Positions 1 through 14,496 of a DNA stretch of 64,000 nucleotides are shown piece by piece. The notes beneath the pieces are model-generated. The model worked only from the letters and a program-made list of their open reading frames with translations, did not search any database and was not told the DNA's origin. Source of the DNA: Octopus sinensis (lineage: Eukaryota); assembly GCF_006345805.1 (NCBI RefSeq), contig NC_043011.1, positions 13,094,464-13,158,463 on the forward strand. The letters are read 5' to 3'. The translations under genes were made by a program, and so were the position numbers. Numbering within the stretch: position 1 is the first letter of the stretch; every line of letters begins with the position of its first letter.

Positions 1-68
1 CAGTTGATTCCGGACTGCCCCGCCGAAAAAAGAGAATTTGGTAGGCAGAAACTGAAAGAAGCCCGTCG

Positions 69-137
<69 letters not shown>

Positions 138-199
138 TTCTAATATAGGATAAATGATACTTCCAGATTCTATATCAATCACCAAATCTCCAACGAATA

Positions 200-695
200 A
201 GTAAAAAATTACAAATTATCAACAGTCGAAGACAATCGCCTAACCTCAAGAGACTCCTTAACAAAGGCGAGATTCACCTTTGAAACAGACACGATGCGAG
301 TAACCAACTGTAGAAACCCTCGTTCTGAGACATGTGAACTAATTGAGCAAGGGACAACCAAAAGACTCAAGAATGGGAAGGAATTAAAAGTGAATGCAAA
401 CATGAATTGCAAAATAAAAAAAAACTCAACTACTGCATCACATGCCCACAATGCAATGAAAACTACGTTGGAGAGACAGGAAGGAAACTGACCAGCCGTG
501 TAACTGTACATAAACTACAAATGAGGGATTAATCTCTTAGGTATGTCCCATGCAGTGAAAGTCTAGATATCTATGCAAATGGAAAATTTAAAATATTCCC
601 ATTTTACAAAATAAATGATGAAAATGTACAACTATGAAAGGCAAAAGAAGAATGCTTTTTTCAGAATTCTAAATCCGAAATTAAACCGAAAATAG
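200..695 (+). mobile_element. Penelope-like element, GIY-YIG endonuclease C-terminal fragment (degenerate)
   Basis: Manual translation with frameshift/stops: LKRLLNKG...NCRNPRSETCELI...NYCITCPQCNENYVGETGRKLTSRVTVHK...FKIFPFYK...KEECFFRILNPKLNRK*. The C-x2-C plus YVGET..L..R...H pattern is typical of PLE GIY-YIG domains. Confidence 0.85.
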
Positions 696-1178
696 CCAAC
701 ACTCCATATAATAAACAACAGTAAAAGAATATTTATGACTAAAATCGTAAGTGCGAAAATAGATCGGAAATAATACTACCACTGCCACAAAAATAATTTC
801 CTCTTTAAGAGTGCGTGTGTTTGAAAAGGTTTAACGAAAGCGCTCATACACTAGAAAAAAATTTCATTCCAAAAAGTTAGTAACATCCTCATAACAGATT
901 TCATAACATGTTTTTGAACAATTTCTCTTTTTTTTAATCACCTTTACACTTCAAAAACTGTATTAAGAAATCCGCATAGACTTCCAAATATATACAAATA
1001 TATATATACATGCTTATATAAAAAAAAAAAGAAAAATCTTCGTCTAAGGACGTAATGTAATAGGTTTGATGGATGTATGTATGTATGTATGTATGTATGT
1101 ATGTATGTATGTATGTATGTATGTATGTATGTATGTATGTATGTATGTATGTATGTATGTAGGTATGTATGTATGTAT

Positions 1179-1491
1179 ATCACAGTGATCACCGTGACCG
1201 ACCAGGCTATCAGATGTTGCTACACATCGCTGGTCACAATGCGCTTCGCATTGTTTTAGCCTTCAAATGACGCCATCCCGCTGGCTAAGCGAGCTGGCCA
1301 ACAGAAGAAAGAGTGAGAGAAAGTTGTGGCGAAAGAGTACAGCAGGGATCGCTATCTCCCCCTGCCGGAGTCTCGTGGAGCTTTAGGTGCTTTCGCTCAA
1401 TAAACACTCACAACGCCCGGTATGGGAATCGAAACCGCGATCCTACGATCGCGAGTCCGCTGCCCTAACAACTGGGTCATTGCGCCTCCAC
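1179..1491 (-). mobile_element. tRNA-derived SINE family C (head GTGGAGGCGCAATG.CCCAGT.GTTAGGGC), tail type 1
   Basis: A/B-box-like tRNA head on the minus strand. Body and tail are shared with 7135-7386. Probably one of the published octopus OK/OR SINE families; the name was not verified. Confidence 0.85.
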
Positions 1492-1673
1492 ATGTATGTA
1501 TATACATCCCTTTAACTCCTGTGCGATGCAATCCCTCACTACACCGCCTAGTCTGCATCGGTTTGGTTTACCACTAAAACTTCGGCTTGAACTGAAACTG
1601 AAAAACAGGTAGTGTTGAAGCTACCTATCAAAGAAAGCTAGATATGGTTCAGCGTTGAGTGGGTAGATATATA

Positions 1674-1858
1674 GGATCTTTTCGGTTTGAACGGCAGTTT
1701 TTTCTAGCGGTGTCATATGAAATTGTCACCCATAATTATGACCCTAGAATCTGTTTTAGGGCTAGTTAGGGTTAGTCGATTTGATTGACTGAAGGCGGTG
1801 CTCCAGTATGGCCGCTGTCAAATGACTGAAACAAGTAAAAGAGAAAAAAAGAGTAAAG

Positions 1859-1891
<33 letters not shown>

Positions 1892-2220
1892 CACTAACTA
1901 GGGTTAGTTAGGGTTAGGGTTAGGGGGGGAAGGGTATCTTTTTTTCTTCAGAAATATAAATAAACCCAATCTGTTTCTTAAACGAGGGACATATTCATGC
2001 GGCACTGAATGTTTTTTAAACTCAATAGACGTCATTGATTGGTTGAAATTACAGAAATTGAAGAAAAAAACAACAAATATCTTACAAACTATAGAATTTT
2101 CTCAATAAATCCAAGAGAAAGAGATGTTTTATAAACACATTCTACCAGTATACGAAGTTTAAAAGTGTTTAGTTACGTGGAAATTATTTTTAAAAACTGC
2201 CGTCCAAACCGAAAAGATCC
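1674..2220. mobile_element. Merlin-like MITE (TIR GGATCTTTTCGGTTTGAACGGCAGTTTTT) with internal TTAGGG tract
   Basis: Terminal inverted repeats; 8-bp TSD gatatata/gttatata; three further copies in the window. Confidence 0.85.
1775..1860 (+). mobile_element. 5'-truncated SINE family A tail nested in the MITE TTAGGG tract
   Basis: gaaggcggtgctccag.atggccgc.gtcaaatgactgaaacaagtaaaagag matches the 3' end of SINE-A; flanked by similar g(c/t)tagttagggttag sequence. Confidence 0.8.
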
Positions 2221-2754
2221 GTTATATATATATAAGAAACAGAAAATCAACAAACAAAATTTAAACATAGTGCAAAGTAGTTATAGTAAATGCATAAAGT
2301 CTCTTACGGGTGTTTCTAGAATAGCTGAGCAAGTGGGGCATATGCTATACAGTAAAGATTTTCAGGTAAGCTAAATATTCTGTCATCGGAGAGAGAGAAA
2401 TAAAGAATATCCTTCATTAAGGGTATTTGTAATTAGCAGTTCGTCGAAGAACTAAAGAGAGTCCAAAGTAAAAGTAAATGTTAATAGTAGTTCGTAGTTC
2501 CATGATCGATGGAAATTATTTGTAAAGGACAATATCATTTGGCAATTCTCTTGTTGAAATATCAAGGAAAATCCATGATAAAAGATGATAGAGGTTACAA
2601 GTTTCGTCTTCACTTTCGAAGAGAAAGTGAAGTAGATATGAGTGGAAGACCTTTGAAGAGTACAGGACAGTGTGAAGGAAAGATAGAGTATTAAATGTAT
2701 GAGAGTAGATACAGACAAGCCGGTATAGTGAGGATGTGCATCACACGGGAGTTA

Positions 2755-3090
<336 letters not shown>

Positions 3091-3395
3091 TCAGTCTGCG
3101 GAGAAATGGCTAAAATTAGCCCTGTTTTATAATTATACCATATGCTACATATGTATTATATCATACCTTGATACTGTGTGGTCTACAATCCCCATTGACA
3201 TGCCGCTGGTATTTATAGAGTGTTAAACAGTTTGGCTGCTTGTTCCTCTGGAGACTGACAGAATGATGTAGATGCATCTAATGAGAACCCAACAAGGTTC
3301 GAAAATCGATTAAGGATGTTCATTTTCTGGCTAAAATTTGCCCCGTTTATAATTATACGATATGTTACATATATTATGTATATGTATATATATAT

Positions 3396-3462
<67 letters not shown>

Positions 3463-3889
3463 TAGAGGGAAACCACTATGTGGATACCCTTATGCTAGAA
3501 ATAGATCCGCTATAGTCTTACTACTAAGAAATGTTCTCAACAAAAATTTAGCAAAACAACCAAAACGCAATCGAGCAAGACAAAAGAAAAAGCAATAAAA
3601 ATATGAATTATTCGCATACATGTTTCACTATTAGCATATTACGTAAGTTTACTTACATAAATGTCCGTAGATCATCGGTGCGACCGTCCGGATGAATGTA
3701 ATTTGCAGGACTGCATACTTGGACGTCCGCACAAAGTCAGACTTGTAAAACAGTCCAACCCATTACACTCGTGGCTACTATTTCAAATGTCCTCGTTTTG
3801 GTGCGCTAAATTACCGGAAAAACTGATGCTGCAGATAATACTTTACTGCAGCAGCCTTTGCCGGTTAGAGAACGTATTAATTTAACTTT

Positions 3890-5510
3890 AAAATGAGGGT
3901 GAGAAATTAGATATTAATTTAATTAACATCGATTTCACACCAGTAGTCTTATGTAATATGGTAATAATGAAATCAGTAATAAATTTCGATAATAAGTTAT
4001 GGGTGAGAAAAGATACCCCTAACTGTTTCGATACATCTATGGGAGCGGCAGACTTCGCGCAAATGACTGACATAGTAGGAATATATTTATTGGCTAATAT
4101 ACGAGACGAATTCCCAGAGCTCATGGGAGTTAAGAATGATGTATTCTTTAGAGTTAATAATACATCTAATAGACACCTAGAACTCATAAAGAAACGATTA
4201 TTGAAATTTTTAAAGGATTTCGGCTATCTATAATTATAGGAAAAGAATATAATTCAATTAATTCATATCTAAGTAATTCATACTTAGTTATGAACTGTAA
4301 TTTATCATCTGGAATACATGAACCATATATGAAACCAAATTATAAATTAAAATATATAAATTATTAAAGCAATCACCTTCAATGAAAAAAAGCATTAGTA
4401 TATAATATTAGTAAGAGAATTTTATATTTATCTTATAATAAAGATATATTTAATAGATGGTGCCCCAGCATGGCCACAACTCGTGAGCTGAAACTAGATA
4501 AAATAAAAAAATAAAAAATAAAGACCAATATGATTTGGCTTTAAGTAAAGCAGGATATAAGAATAAATTACAATATATTAAAGATAATAAAATTATAAAT
4601 GAAATGAGTAAATTTGATAGGGGAATAAAAACTAATGATAATGCTAAAAATCATGGATATATAAAGAAACTGAATAAAATTAAATATTATATCTACTTAT
4701 AAAATATAAAATAATTTTAATGGTTTCAATAAAAATAAAGTAGATACTAATAAGATAATATGGCTTATAATTCCATACACCTTGCAAATAAAAACTAATT
4801 TGGTGAAATACATTTATAGGGCAATTTATAAGCATTTCAATATCAATAATAAATATTATGAAATTGTTAACAATAAAAACTAAGGATAGGATATAGTTTA
4901 ACTCACAACTTAGCTACTATTATAGCTTCTATAAATAATTGTAAAAATTAGATTTATTCAAATAGAAAATGCGTTAATAATAACTCCCCTAATGCCGGGG
5001 TCAATGTAGAAGATATCAGTAGTAATACTATTAGATATTCCATTAACAAACATGATATTATTAAGTACGATCGGAAATCTGTTAGATATAAAGCCTCTTC
5101 CTCAACTAATATAAAGGATTATTTTTATAAAACGTGATTGTAAAAACAAAGATAGCTGTATGGTTAAAAATTTATGTAAATTGAAAAATGTTGTATATCA
5201 ATGTAAAAGTCACCACAGAAATTAATAATAAATATATTTATATTGGATCACCAAAATATGAAATGAAGAAGCGTTTATCAACACATTTATATACATTTCG
5301 GAATAGCAAAGGACAGAATTGAATGAATCTAAGTAAATTCATTTGGAAGCTTAAAGATAAAGACATTAATTTTAATCTCGAATGGGATATCTTAGTGACT
5401 ACACCTAGTTACAATATAGGTAATCAGAGGTGCCTTCTTTGTTTGAATGAGAAATTATTTATTTAAATGGCTACATTTCCTTTACTTAACCTGAGGGATG
5501 AAAAACATAA
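3890..5510 (+). mobile_element. Penelope-like element, degenerate RT plus GIY-YIG
   Basis: ORF 3958-4233 FDTSMGAADFAQMTDIVGIYLL resembles the PLE RT motif [22 protein letters not shown]. Downstream: HEPYMKPNYKLKYINY*SNH, KTNLVKYIYRAIYKHF, CDCKNKDSC..KNVVYQC..YIGS..KKRLSTH..LSKFIWKLKDK..EWDIL..RCLLCLNEKLFI. Confidence 0.85.
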
Positions 5511-5542
5511 TTCTTGTCTACATAAAAATAAGTATGTATTCA

Positions 5543-5767
5543 CTCTTTTTACTCTTTTACTTGTTTCAGTCATTTGACTGCGGCCATGCTGGAGCACCGC
5601 CTTTTAGTCGAGCAAATCGACCCCAGGTCTTATTCTTTGTAAGCCTTGTACTTATTCTATCGGTCTCTTTTTGCCGAACCGCTAAGTTACGGAGACGTAA
5701 ACACACCAGCATCGGTTGTGAAGCGATGTTGAGGGGGACAAACACAGACAAACACACACACACACAC

Positions 5768-5841
<74 letters not shown>

Positions 5842-5953
5842 ATATACATATACCAAATCCACTCACAAGGCTTTGTAGAAGACACTTGCCCATGGTGCCA
5901 CGCAGTGAGACTGAACCCGGAACCATGTGGTTGGTAAGCCACTCCTGCGCCTA
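5543..5953 (-). mobile_element. tRNA-derived SINE family A (head GGAGTGGCTGTGTGGTAAG; internal TA/TG microsatellite)
   Basis: Matches about 12 other copies in the window; tail ...GAAACAAGTAAAAGAGTAAAAGAG. Confidence 0.9.
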
Positions 5954-6202
5954 TAGATACAAATGATTTTTATCATTGTTATAATTAATAGGTTGTCGTA
6001 TTGATACCTCATAATAGATATCTTCAACGATTCAAAGTAAATTAATAACTTTTATAATTATAATTAAAATTATACAAAGAACTTAATTAATATTTCCCCA
6101 TTCTAAAGATGTGAATATGTAAATAGAAATTTATTGACGATATATGTAGGTCCCAATATATATAGCTGTATGTATGTATATATAATATATATATATGTAT
6201 AT

Positions 6203-6291
<89 letters not shown>

Positions 6292-6294
<3 letters not shown>

Positions 6295-6684
6295 ATATAT
6301 ATATATATATAATATAACGGCAGTTTGTCTGTGCGTTTTCTGTGTGTCTGTTTTCTCGTACCCTCACTCTGACCACGGCTTTCAACCGATTCTGATGAAA
6401 CTTGACACACGCATAGCCCAATGTCATAATTCAAAACTAACGCAGCGAAAATTTTGAAAAGTTCCCCCAGTTCTGAAAAAAATCGATAAATTCGACATGG
6501 GGTCGAGAATCAGAAACACAAACCACAGACCGTCTAGGGGACGCAACTCCACCTTTTTTAACTCTCAAAAAAATTTACCATCATTTTTTTTCCATTTTTT
6601 TGCTATTTTTTGGCTATAACTCTCTAAAAATGCTTTATAGTTATTTTCCCTTACAGACCTGAGCAACGCCGGGCGATACTGCTA

Positions 6685-6685
<1 letters not shown>
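6292..6685 (+). mobile_element. Non-autonomous Helitron
   Basis: 5' TC, 3' GAGCAACGCCGGGCGATACTGCTAG, inserted between A and T inside a (TA)n tract; the 3' end is shared with 59972-60353. Confidence 0.75.
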
Positions 6686-6749
<64 letters not shown>

Positions 6750-6770
6750 TATACATATATATATGTGGAT

Positions 6771-6811
<41 letters not shown>

Positions 6812-7001
6812 GATTTTTTAATATATATACGTATTCGTCGGTATATGTGCACATGTGTATATAGGGGTATACATACAAGTATAGGTGTATTGATGTATGT
6901 ATGTGTATATATGTAAGACCGTGTGTATGTGTATATGTGTGTATGTGCATGGGTGTATGTATATAAATATATGTATGCATGGGTGTATGTATATACATAT
7001 G

Positions 7002-7082
<81 letters not shown>

Positions 7083-7134
7083 ATATATATATGTGTATAT
7101 ATATGTATATATATCTGTGTGTGTGTATATATAT
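6686..7134. repeat. Compound (TA)n/(TG)n/(ATGT)n microsatellite
   Basis: Directly visible. Confidence 0.95.
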
Positions 7135-7386
7135 ATCACGTGATCACGTGACCGACCAGACCATCAGATGTTGCTACACATCGCTGGTCACAATGCGTTT
7201 GCATTGTTTTAGCCTTCGAACGACGCCACCTCGCTGGCTAAGCGAGCAGACCAACAGAAGAAAGAGTGAGAGAAAGAGTGCTGAAAGAGTACAGCAGGGA
7301 TCACCACCCCCTGCCAGAGCAGGTCTGGGAATCGAAACCGCGATCCTCCGATCGCTGCCCTAACCACTGGGCCATTGCGCCTCCAC
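7135..7386 (-). mobile_element. SINE family C, tail type 1, internally deleted
   Basis: Near-identical head and tail to 1179-1491. Confidence 0.85.
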
Positions 7387-7420
7387 GTTTGTATATATAT
7401 ATATATATATTATATATATA

Positions 7421-7479
<59 letters not shown>

Positions 7480-7777
7480 ATAATTCACCCACATAACTCC
7501 CCATAATGTGTATATACAAGTAGATATAGAATACTTATCATGCATAATTCGTAGTTTGGCTCATCTTGGGGCATTTCTTTGATGCTGGTATTACTTTGAT
7601 TTTGATGTCTCTATAGACTTTATTTCTCAATGTCCGTATCGAGCTGGTTTCGTTTTTCGTTTCATTTCTATGTATCGATGTGTATATATATGAGGGTGGA
7701 GATGAATAATGTGGTATGTATGAGGATATAATGTATTTATCTCATTTAAAATATATAAATATGTATATATATGTATA

Positions 7778-7813
<36 letters not shown>

Positions 7814-8140
7814 TGTATGTATGTATGTATGTATATATATGTGTGTGCATTGATGTATATATATGTGCATTAATGTATTTATGTATATGAGTGTATATGT
7901 GTGCATTTGTATATATATATATATATATATATGTATGAATGTGTGCATGTTTATATGTATGTATGTATGTCTCTATGTAAGTATGTATGTATGTATGTAT
8001 GTATGTATGTGTGTATGTATATGTGTGCATTGATGTATATATATGTGCATTAATGTATTTATGTATATGAGTCTATATGTGTGCATTTGTATATATATAT
8101 ATATATATATATATGCATATATGTATATATATATATAATA

Positions 8141-8176
<36 letters not shown>

Positions 8177-9283
8177 TGTATGTATTTGCATATGTGTAAG
8201 TGTGAGTGATAGGTGGAAACTAAAACAACGAATTTTTGATATTGGTATTATTTTGGTTTTGATGTTTGCATAGAACTTATTTTTATGTCCGTATAGAGTT
8301 GGTTTCATTTTGTTTATATGAATCGATAACTATATGTAGTGGTTGTATACTGTCAACTCAATGTGACAGTCCCGTAAGGGAATTACACCACCGCCATTTA
8401 GCCCTAGGAAACATCGACGTCTCCTGTCGGCTTTGACACATTTTCTTTATGTATGCGAGTAAATGAATAATGGTGTAGATATAGCGTATTTATCATGTTT
8501 AATTTGTTGCTTAGGATCGTTGTTATTATGTGGGACATTTCGTTTGCATTGTATTACTTTGTTTTTTGTTGTATGTATATATCTAAATGGTTTTTTCGTT
8601 GACCCTCTTCAGTTGGTTTTGTTTTTCGTTTTGTTTCTAAAAATGGAAAACTAGTTATCTCCCTTGTATAAATTCTTTTATTTAGATTTGAATATATATA
8701 AGAATTTTGAACCATAAATAGATACATGTGTATGAATTGTATATGTATGCATATTGTAAAGAAATAGATACATGTTTATATGTAGATGAATAACTAAACT
8801 TGTGTATGTGAATATGCATGTGTGTATATGTACGTGTGTGTGTATGTATACATAAATGATAGGTGTATGTTTGTATATATAAGTATATATGAATATGTAT
8901 GTAATGTGTGTATTGTGCAATAAAATCGGTTATAGAAGTGGATATCTATTTAAATTTAGGAATTTACGTAATTTCATTTAAATTATTTACTTAATTATGA
9001 TTAAGTTCACTCTCAAAAAGAGTTTTTTTTTTAAGCCTTAGCTGTTATAAATATTTTCAATTGATATTTTTCGTGAAATATTGAAGGAGATATGTCGATC
9101 TAGTGAAGCATCATTATATATTTAAACAGATTTGATTATTCTTGAAAAACTTCGTTTTATTAATGAAGCGGAAACATCTGTAATTTCTGAGATGTATCAA
9201 TTTGTATAAAATATTTAAATTGAACTGAATTTATAATTATTCAATTTATTGTTTTATTTTCCATTTCTTATATATGTGTATAT

Positions 9284-9348
<65 letters not shown>

Positions 9349-9371
9349 TATATCAAAATGTAGCTACAATG

Positions 9372-9530
9372 GATCGTTGGCGATTTTTTCCTCCGTCCCC
9401 TGTATCTGACGAAGAGGTTTGCTCGAAACGTAAAACTACTTTTCTTTCCTTCCCTCAGCGTCTGCTAATACTTTGCATGTACCACGTCCTAACGTTGATT
9501 TTTTTTCTTGTGCTTTTCTTTGTTTTTTTT
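9372..9530 (+). mobile_element. PLE pseudo-LTR-like repeat with minimal hammerhead motif
   Basis: cgttggcgattttttcctccgtc...CTGACGAAGAGgtttgCTCGAAACGTAAAAC; homologous to 28775-28965. Confidence 0.55.
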
Positions 9531-10321
9531 TTGTATGTATGTATGAACATGTGTAGATTTGTATGTTTTGTTTTATGTATGTATGTATGTATGTATGTAT
9601 GTATGTAGTATGTATGTATGTATGTATGTATGTATGTATGAATGTATGCATGCATGCATGTATGTATGTATGTATGTATGTATGCATGTATGTATGTATT
9701 TATATGCACGCATACTCATCATACGTACAATAGAGGAATACGGAATATTTAAGTAAGTAGCGGATGGGAGATTCACTGATGAATGAAGAAGGCCAGGTGT
9801 GCAAGGGCAAGAACCTTATCGTACTGTCGACGACCAGTGTGGGTTAGAGTTATTGGATAACCGGAGTGAAGTGGTGTAAGCGGATAATTGAAAACTTCGG
9901 ACAATAAGCCTTTGGGCCCAGTGAATCTGATATGTAAGTGGTGGGGGAATAGTTAAATATCAACTGGTAATAATGGTGTTAGCTATAGAAGTCTGAAATA
10001 TAAAAATACTACTGGAAGTGCTTGTTTATAGGAAATAAATATAAGTTACAACTAGGTTCGAACAGAGTGAATTATAACATATACGGTTGTAATAATGAAC
10101 AATAAGTACCGTTGTTAATGACAGAATGAATTAAATAAATAAATAAAATATGTTGTGTAAAAAAATCTGGTATGGTAAGTACATAAATTTAGTTTAAGCA
10201 GTGTTTAATTATAATAGATATTACAAAAATTATGAGCTAAGTAATGTGCAGAAATATGAATCACGGGAGAAGAATACAATACGAATCTACAAAATGAAAT
10301 AAAAGAATATGGTGATAAGGT

Positions 10322-10627
10322 TTGTTGTTTGTTCCTTCTCGAGCCATGCCTGGCTCATAAGAGCTGGTTTCCGGTTTCTTGGTGTATAGGTTCCCCACCT
10401 GGACGGGACGCCAGTCCGTCGCAGGTGAGCTGCGAGATGCAGGAGGAAAGAGTGAGAGAAAGTTGTGACGAAAGAGTCAGCAGAAGTTCGCCATTACCTT
10501 CTGTCGGAGCTGCGTGGAGCTTAAGTGTTTCGCTCATAAACACACACATCGCCTGGTCTGAGATTCGAACCCGCGATCCCTCTACCGCGAGTAAGCTGCT
10601 CTAACTTCTAGGTCATGTGCCTACACT
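10322..10627 (-). mobile_element. SINE family C variant, tail type 2
   Basis: tRNA-like head and family C body (gtgtttatgagcgaaacacttaagctccacg...ctttctctcactc), followed by a different 3' module (cctgcgacggactggcgtcccgtccagg...ggctcgagaaggaacaaacaac). Confidence 0.8.
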
Positions 10628-11329
10628 GGTGATAAGGTAAATATACTAATTCAATTAAGTGAGCTTATGCTATATTTGACTCCAAAACTCCACCAAGGTT
10701 TAAATTGGAGCTACTGTTAAATTTAAGCAAAGATGCTCAGTATATTCAAATTCGTTTAAATATGAATAACATAGGAAATATACTCATCTGAACGACATAT
10801 CATTGGAAATAAAGTGTTAGATAGCCATACAGAGCTAGTTGCCTTACTGCATTTAGGTTTGTGATAAAATCTAACTGTTTTGAGGAATCTATGAACACAG
10901 GCGGGAGATGTGTCATGCTACATATTTAATAATTGTGCAGGGTTATGAGACAGTATTTGTATAGATTCTTTCAAACATAACCAACATAGAGAATTTTGGC
11001 TTTAGTGTGGAGGACCCGAGCCAATGATGGACCAGACTATATCATGTGGTATATTTGTTTTTCCTAAGGTAGTATATATGTTCTTTCTATTTAAGGTAAT
11101 TTTCTATGTACATCGCATTGAAAAATATGCCTAAAAACTTGTGTGCATTGAATTACAGGATTATTATAATTAACTTCCGAGAGTGACTACATCTTCCCCA
11201 CGATGTAAAAGACTACTTTTGGCAATTGGATAAGTGAATAATTGCACAGATTTCAAAGCATAAACACTGATTATGGCTCGTAAATAAATAAAGAGGAGTG
11301 GTTTGAAAACGATCAATCTCAGATCACTA

Positions 11330-11667
11330 CGATGTATAAATACTGGTTACCTAGATGAGCTAATATGGGTGAAGCCCTACGTGATTGCTCAACCAGTAGC
11401 AACTAAATCTCATTAAATCGCAACCTACTGTCTGATAAAAGGAGCAACATTTTTTACAATGTATGCTTATCACAGTGTAGGTGCATCATGTCACCATATG
11501 AGTTTTCTCCCCTAAAGTAATAGGGCAGTGGCAGGGGAAACAATTCTAGAAAAACGCAGTGTGCTAAAGGACAAATATACCAAAGTCGGGATGCTCAAGG
11601 TTTGAACTCTTTGAATTGTATGTCTGCTCAGTCAGGGCTGACTTGGACTATGCAACAACAACAACGA
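11330..11667 (+). mobile_element. Old SINE-like repeat ending gtctgctcagtcagggctgacttggac...(CAA)n
   Basis: (CAA)n tail and a SINE-like 3' end, recognised from memory only; no second copy in the window. Confidence 0.4.
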
Positions 11668-12039
11668 TTAGTTACGTATTAAAAAGTGACTGGTCTAATA
11701 GGTTTTAGTTGGATTATGGTTGGAATTATTACGGTTAAGACTGAATTACACAATCGGCCAAATAATGTCGGGTAGATCCATTCAAAGCGATGATAACAGC
11801 AACCAAAGTAGTAAAATATCCAAGCTAACGGTGCTTTTAAAAATTACATCAAAGCACAAATTCATCTTTGTACTTTTTACCTCATCGGAATATCCATAGC
11901 ACCACAGATACGCGGTTTTGTCTATGAACTGATGGTCTGGTGGGCAGCGAGTCTCATTTATTCGTCATTGTTTCGGTATAGCTTCGTAGCTCTCGGGGAT
12001 CATTACGATTTACAAGCTATTTTGATACCCTATGGTGGC

Positions 12040-12336
12040 GATGCTTCGGTATATGTACCGGTGTACTTCCGGAAGTACCGGATACATTTCAAAAAAGTGG
12101 GGTTTTTTATATATGGGGGGGTTAGGGTTTGTGTTAGGGTTAGGGTTAGGGTATGTGACGATGCTTCAGTATATGTACACACGTGACTTTGTTTACATTT
12201 CTGAAGATAACAGAAACCCTTTTCTCCCACCCCTAACCCTAACCCTAATCCTAATACCCCATATATAAAAAAAAACCACGTTTTTGAAATGTATCCGGTA
12301 CTTCCGGAAGTACACCGGTACATATACCGAAGCATC
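12040..12336. mobile_element. Palindromic MITE with ~80-bp arms and TTAGGG/CCCTAA tracts
   Basis: Arms GATGCTTCGGTATATGTACCGGTGTACTTCCGGAAGTACCGGATACATTTCAAAAA and its reverse complement. The core gtttacatttctgaaga...cccacccctaaccctaaccct is shared with the Merlin-like MITEs. Confidence 0.8.
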
Positions 12337-13543
12337 CCAACTTATACACGTCATCCCAACTTAGCTTTAACAAAAGAGTCAACCAGTCACGGATCCGCAT
12401 CATTTCTAGTGTCCTTGTAACTACTGCTCTGGTGGTAATTCGATACTGCCACCATATGTTTTAAAACAGATTTTTATAATTTTTTCTTTGCTTTCTCTAA
12501 GATTATATTCGGCTGTCAATAGGCAGCGTGTGGTCTTACAAGTAGCTTCCGGAATTCCAACTATTTTCCGGGAATTATACTAAATCTAAAACTTCTGTCT
12601 TATTGTAGTTTAGCAGAACTATTTAAAATACTTGTCTCTGTGCGGGTGTCATTATCGCTAACTTCAAAATTACTTGTTAAACTGTTATAAATATTTATTT
12701 TTTCTTATTAATTGTTAATTAAAATGTTCTTTATTTTCTTCTTCTTGTTCATTCTGTAATCTAATTTGTTTTTATGCAGTCTCTGTCACTACGTTTGCTG
12801 TTGTAATACTTTCTCTTGTACTATGATTGCGTTTGGTTGGCATTTTGAATGTGAAATATGGTCAAAAGAAGCACGCAAATAAAATCTCTCAAAACAAACC
12901 AATTTTTCTCTGCCCCTGGGTGTCGGTAGCAGATCATCTTCAGGTAAAAACTGTTTTGTTTTGTTTTGTTTTTTTACAAGCACGCCAATGAAATGTTCAC
13001 TTAGTAATGCTTAGAAACTGACAAATCTCGAAGAAAGAGAAGATGTAAGAACAATAGTAATAATAGTAATATTAATAGGAAGCTCTGGGCTATGTGGGCT
13101 ATTGACGCACACAATGAAGATCTCTGCAAAAAACGAATTTAATCCAACAAGATCGCCAAAACGGAAAAGATCTTTTAACGAAAATCAATACACGCAACAA
13201 CAACGAAAAACGCAAGATTAAGATATAAAACAGTTTCTCCTATACACGATATCTCAGTGTGACGTGCGAAAAAACGAAATCAAGAAACCACTAAATACAA
13301 ATGGAATAACGTAGCAAGCGCATAAATTAATTAATTATGTGCATAATCATATATTTATACAATCATACATTTTAATATTTGCAAGATTACATATCCTCCC
13401 TAATGTTTGTACAACAATGTAAATAGTGTTTGTACGATACACACAAAGAGCACGTGACACAAGCGAAGTAAAACAGAAACAAAACGAATTCCCGCGAATG
13501 AACACAAAAGGGATGAATAACTTTTAAATTAAAAAGAAAATGG

Positions 13544-13965
13544 GGATCTTTTCGGTTTGAACGGCAGTTTTTAACATAATTTCCACGTAACTAAAAAATT
13601 TTTAACTTCGTATACTGGTAGAATGTGTTTATAAAACATCTTTTTCCCTTGGTTTTATTGAGAAAATTCTATAGTTTGTAAGATATTTGTTGTTTTTTCT
13701 TCAATTTCTGCAATTTCAACCAATCACTGACGTCTATTGAGGTAAAATACATTCTGTACCATATGAATATGAATATGTCCCTCGTTTAAGAAACAGATTG
13801 GGTTTATTTACATTTGTGAAGAAAAAAAATATATTCTTCCCCCCACCCCTAACCCTAACCCTAAAACAGATTGAAATGCAATAGATCGATACTAGGGTCA
13901 TAATTATGGGTGACAATTTCATATGACACCGCTAGAAAAAACTGCCGTTCAAACCGAAAAGATCC
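13544..13965. mobile_element. Merlin-like MITE
   Basis: Same TIRs; TSD gaaaatgg/gaaaatag. Confidence 0.9.
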
Positions 13966-14496
13966 GAAAATAGCTCACCCACATAAGTTGGATATTCTCT
14001 GTTTTGACGGGAATTTTTGAAATTTCTTTTTCACCACGCACTTCAAAATAATGGAGGGAAGCCTTTTATGAAAATAAATTTTCCCGCCACTGAAACACTG
14101 GTGTCGAATTAAAACATAAATGAAATACATATTTGACTCAATACATGAAATGAAATAGTTCTACAATGATGAAGGTATCTACAAGAACGCTTATAATTTC
14201 AAAATTGTCTTCAATTACTTCATAACAACATCCACTGCTAGTCATGTGTACGCAGTGCTCGAATTCGTTAACATCGCTTTTATTTGCAGGAAAAGTGAAT
14301 TCTGGAAACAGTACCCACAGAAATTCCAATGGTAAAAGTTATTTCGAAATTAGACACAAAAACTATTCACATAGACCCCCCCCCCCCAAAAAAAAAATTC
14401 ATAAATTTGGGTTAAATATGGTTCTACTATTGTGTTTACATTCATTTATTCTTTTGTTTGAGTCGAATGGAAAAAGTTTGGAAAAAAATTACATTT

